This document shows, piece by piece, positions 60,000 to 64,000 of a stretch of 64,000 bases of DNA. The position numbers and the translations under genes were made by a program. The number at the start of each line of letters is the position of its first letter. Position 1 is the stretch's first letter. Source of the stretch: Ancylonema sp. (Eukaryota). The notes beneath the pieces are model-generated. The model ran no database searches, was not told the DNA's origin, and saw only the letters and a list, made by a program, of their open reading frames with translations. The stretch covers positions 1 through 64,000 of the forward strand of contig JBFLGF010000214.1 in the NCBI GenBank assembly GCA_050230475.1, in the 5' to 3' direction.

Positions 60000-62900
60000 T
60001 TCCAACTTGCTCAATGCAGTCCCCCCAACAGTAGTGACCCACCCTGTGACCGACTTCCCAGTCATATTGCAGTTGTTCCAACTAGCATCACAGTACCCCT
60101 TGATCTCGAACCTCTTCCGCCTCACGTAGCATATTCCGTGATCCACTGTTCCCCTTAAATCTCTGAACACTTGGTGTAAGGCCTTGATGTGAGCAGTCCC
60201 AGGATTTCCCATGTGTTTTGGAAGTACCCCGAGTGCATGTGCAATATCCGGTCTGGTTTCATTGCATAAATGAGTGACCCAATTTTGCCCCGGAATTCAG
60301 TTATTTGTTCAGGTGTAGGGGGAGTCAGAGGTTCATCTTCTTGATGAAATGTCAGCCCAGGTGGTAAGGGTAGTTTTGTAGGGTTAGAGTTTGCCATCCC
60401 AAAACGTTCCAAGAACTTGCCTTATGAACCCTCCCTGATGCAACGTGAGCACCCCCTGTTGTCTGTCCCTTCACTTCCACCCCCAGGATATGGGTTGGCC
60501 CCAAGATCCTTCATTAATTTTCCCTGACAGTTGTTGTTTGAATGCTTTAATGACCATGGAATTTGGACCAACTATCACCTGATCATCTACATGGATCCCC
60601 ACTATGATTCGTGATTGTCCTATCCCCTTGGTGTATATGCATGTATCCATGATGCACTGTTTGAACCCTATACTGAGCACGAAGGCTGTGAACATCTCAC
60701 CCCAGACCTTGCTACTCTGTTTCAGTCCGTACAGTGCCCCCCTCATTCGCAAAACTTTTCCCCAGCCCCTCCCTCAATATAAATGGTGGAATTTTCATGT
60801 ATACTTCTTTCTCTTTCCGTCAGTCTTCCGTGCAAGAAAGCAGTGACCACATCAATCTGTTCAATTTCCCAACCCTCCTGATTCGCAATAGCTAGTAGAA
60901 GAGAGATAGAGGTTCTATCTACTACAGGTGCGAATATTTCATTTTAGTCAACTCCTTCTTGTTGTAGAAAACCTTGGGCGACCAGTCTGACTTTATATCG
61001 TTCAAGGGTTCCCGTGGGTGTGTATTTTGTTTTGAATACCATATTATATTTGCACCCCACAGCCCTTTTACCTGGTGGAAGTTCACACACCTCGGTGTTG
61101 AATTCCCCCAAGCTTTTAAGCTCCTCCTGGATGGCAGCTAACCACAGATCCCAGTCTGGCCGTGTCATGGCTTGGTTTAGCGTCAGAGGGTCGGAGGAGT
61201 CAGCAGACATGGCCACCATGCAAAATTCAGGGTCAGAGGGGCCGTTGAAGCGTGTGACGAAGCATGTTGCCTCCCACTCTTCGTCTTGAATGGCTGCTTC
61301 CAGCGCCTGGTCGTCGAACTCCTCCCCATCATATCAGACGACATCCCCAAAGTGGGCAAAGTTTGCCCTCCTCCTTCCCATTACTCTCTCACCTATGCTC
61401 CCAACATCCGCCCCCTGGCCCCCCACTTCACCCCCTCCTTGAACTTCCTCCTCCTCGCCTGCCACACCTACGTTGTTGATCCCAGATTGACTATCAGACA
61501 GCTCAATCACAGCGATGGGGACCTCAGCAGCTGGTGGGTGGCGGAAACTGCAATGCTGGGATCTGGGCTCTTGGGTTGTTGTGGGCTGCTGCTGCTGCAT
61601 TGCTGCTAGCTCTGCTGCTGGCACCTCTCCTTGTCTTGGCACCCCTCCAGCCTTAGGCTCATCATCCGTGCCGGGGAACAGCTGGAAGAAGTGTCCATCT
61701 GCTTTGGCCTCGACCTGGGGATATCTCCCCCCCATGAGTCTCGGGTACCCCGGCACTTTCTCAAAGAAACGGACGTCTGTCCGCACCATCACACCGGCTT
61801 TGAGCGGGTCGAAGATGTTGTAACCTGTCTGATCTGCTGCCAGCCCAATGAATACCCCAAAAGCAGTCCTGGGAGCATACTTTTCCCCTTGTTTGTTCTT
61901 ATCATGACCTACTTTCAAGTATTGCACTAGGCGGCCGAATGTGTGACTCCTGTCCAGTTTGATAGTGCGTCCAGTCCACTTCTCAATAGGGATCCCCCCT
62001 GTCAATGAACTAGTGGGCTGTTCCTTAACCAGTTTGCATGTGTTAATGCCACATCCCAGTATGATTTTGGCAGTTTTGACCACATCAGCAGACATCTCAT
62101 CTTCTCCATCAATGTTCTGTTTAGTCGTTCACACATACCGTTTTGTTGTGGACTGTAGGGGGCAGTCAGTTCATGCTTGATGCCATTATCCTCATAATAA
62201 TCTGTCCATTCCTTGCTGGTATATTCCCCCCCCCCATCTGTCCTGATCGACTTTAACGGCAGTCGTGACTCAACCTCCAGTTTCTGTACAGTGATGCGTG
62301 TTTGACTGAAGCATCGCTCTTGTGCTTAAGAGAGATACTGTAAACAGTCGAGAATTGACCTCTATCCCTGTGTGTGCGTACTGGAAACCTCCATTGATGT
62401 GTCCAAAAGGACCTATCAGATCTAGATGCAACCTTCCCATTCTTGGCATAGTGGCCACATCATGTGCATGTCCCCTCTCTCCCATCTTCCCCATGCAGCA
62501 GATCTCACAATCTCTAACCTCAGTCAACTCTCCCTGACTCAATCTCGGTATGTCTCCACGTCTGACCATGTCTGACATCGTGGCTGGAACACCAGGGTGA
62601 CCCAGCTTGCCATGCCAGAGCATGCCTATGGAGGAAACATTTGCTTGCAGACCAAATGAACCAGGCATGATGATAGATGCATGCAACAGTGATAGACCAT
62701 TCCTTTGTCTGCTGACATCAGCCCATTTCTGTCCATTCTTAGTGAGTTTAGGACCTTGTGGGGTCTGGGCAAAACTCAGTCCACCTCTCTGGACGAGGCA
62801 GTTGGTGGACACCAGGGTCGCAGCGAATGTAGGGACGTGCATAGCAGTGAGAGGGACGACGAAGAAAGAGTCGTCGTTCTTCACTCGAATATGTACGAAG

Positions 62901-64000
62901 CCTGTGCCCTCGACCTTGTGAGGCGTGCCGTCAGCCGTGTGGATGAATGAGTGCTGCATCGGGACGTTGGTGTCGTACTCGACGAAGTGGTCTTTGTTCG
63001 TGAATACGTGATCGGTCGAGCCTGAATCCAGCCACAGATGCGAGCAATCAGTTCCACCTGCCATGGCAATCCGTGCATCAGATGAGAATGCTGCATAAGC
63101 TAGGGTTTTGGATGCATCGATAGGTGTGTCTGAACGTGCAGCAAGTCGAGCCTGAGCTTGGTCACGAAGATTAGCATCAGGTACAGCCAATGCCAGGTCA
63201 GATCTACGCTTCATGCATTCTACCAATGTATGCCCGAGCTTATCACAGTATCTGCACTTTGGTTTAGGACTGCCAGTTCCCTGGCCAGCCGATCTTCCAC
63301 CTCCACCTTGCCGTTGCTGTCCACATTGCGACAGTCTGTGGCCGATCTGGTTGCAGCCATGGCACCTCATCGGCGGACGTGTAGGGCAGTCGGATTTTAG
63401 GTGGCCATATTGGTTGCAGCCGTAGCACTGAACTTCGTCAGGTCGCGACTTCCGGGACCGCCACTCCCATCAGGTCGACTTGGGCCAGTTCCGGAGCCAC
63501 CCGAGTAACCCGAGGCGACCTCTTCAGCGTTGGCAATTTCGATGGCTCCCTGAATGTCGTAGAAAGACTTCAGGGCCTCCCACATCTCTGCAGCAGTCGT
63601 GCACTTCCTCACATGCGTCAGATCCCCCGTCTGGAGGTGTTTGACGATGTAGGCCATCGCACCGATATTCTTCTTCGACCAGACCTCTCGAAGGAGAGTC
63701 TGTCGACCGATGACCGTTCTAGCGACGTCCGCACATCCAGCGTATCGAGCTCATCCTACGTGACTGATGGAGACACGACAGGTTCTGCTTGCCTCGGGGA
63801 TTTGCCCCAATTCATAACAATGTCATGCAGCTCCTTGTCTGCCAGACCGAACTTTATTTTAAAAGCCCATCCTTTATAGTCTGCTCTTGTGAAGACCGGA
63901 ATGTACGAATTTTCCGTCATGTTAGGCAGCAGCTGAATTCTTCTGATGATCAGTTCTCAGCTGCTTTCTTAAGCGTGTTTCGTGCAGCGCAGCTCACACC
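60000..64000 (-). mobile_element. Ty1/copia element, relative of 9901-16576, 3'-truncated and internally deleted
   Basis: gag ATG at 63920 (DYKGWAFK), protease LWLDSGSTDHVF, integrase, RT (IHVDDQVIVGP), RNaseH start (GYCDASW..KSVTGW) breaking off at ~60005; no 3' LTR. Confidence 0.92.

Overview
Eukaryotic, intron-rich, TE-dense nuclear DNA. The gene set and the transposon types suggest a streptophyte alga or other non-seed plant (inference). Host genes: a RanBP2-type zinc-finger gene (At1g67325-like, minus) head-to-head with ATG12 (plus), an OSCA4/CSC1 (GFS10-like) channel (minus), tRNA-iMet, two paralogous MYND-finger/coiled-coil genes (one frameshifted) and a MATE transporter. The rest is mostly mobile DNA: nested Ty3/gypsy elements, two related Ty1/copia elements plus a related solo LTR, a gag-only LTR relic, an endonuclease-bearing Helitron relic, and many non-autonomous hAT, Tc1/mariner-like and Harbinger-like elements. 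Most notable observations: (1) ATG12 appears to have taken its first two coding exons from an inverted copy of the 5' exons of the neighbouring RanBP2 gene; (2) two gypsy LTRs show Tf1-type self-priming complementarity, each matched to its own PBS; (3) copia LTRs keep several hairpins with compensatory base changes; (4) the full-length copia has an aberrant right junction. No prokaryotic-type system (CRISPR etc.) was seen. All alignments and exon calls were made by eye.
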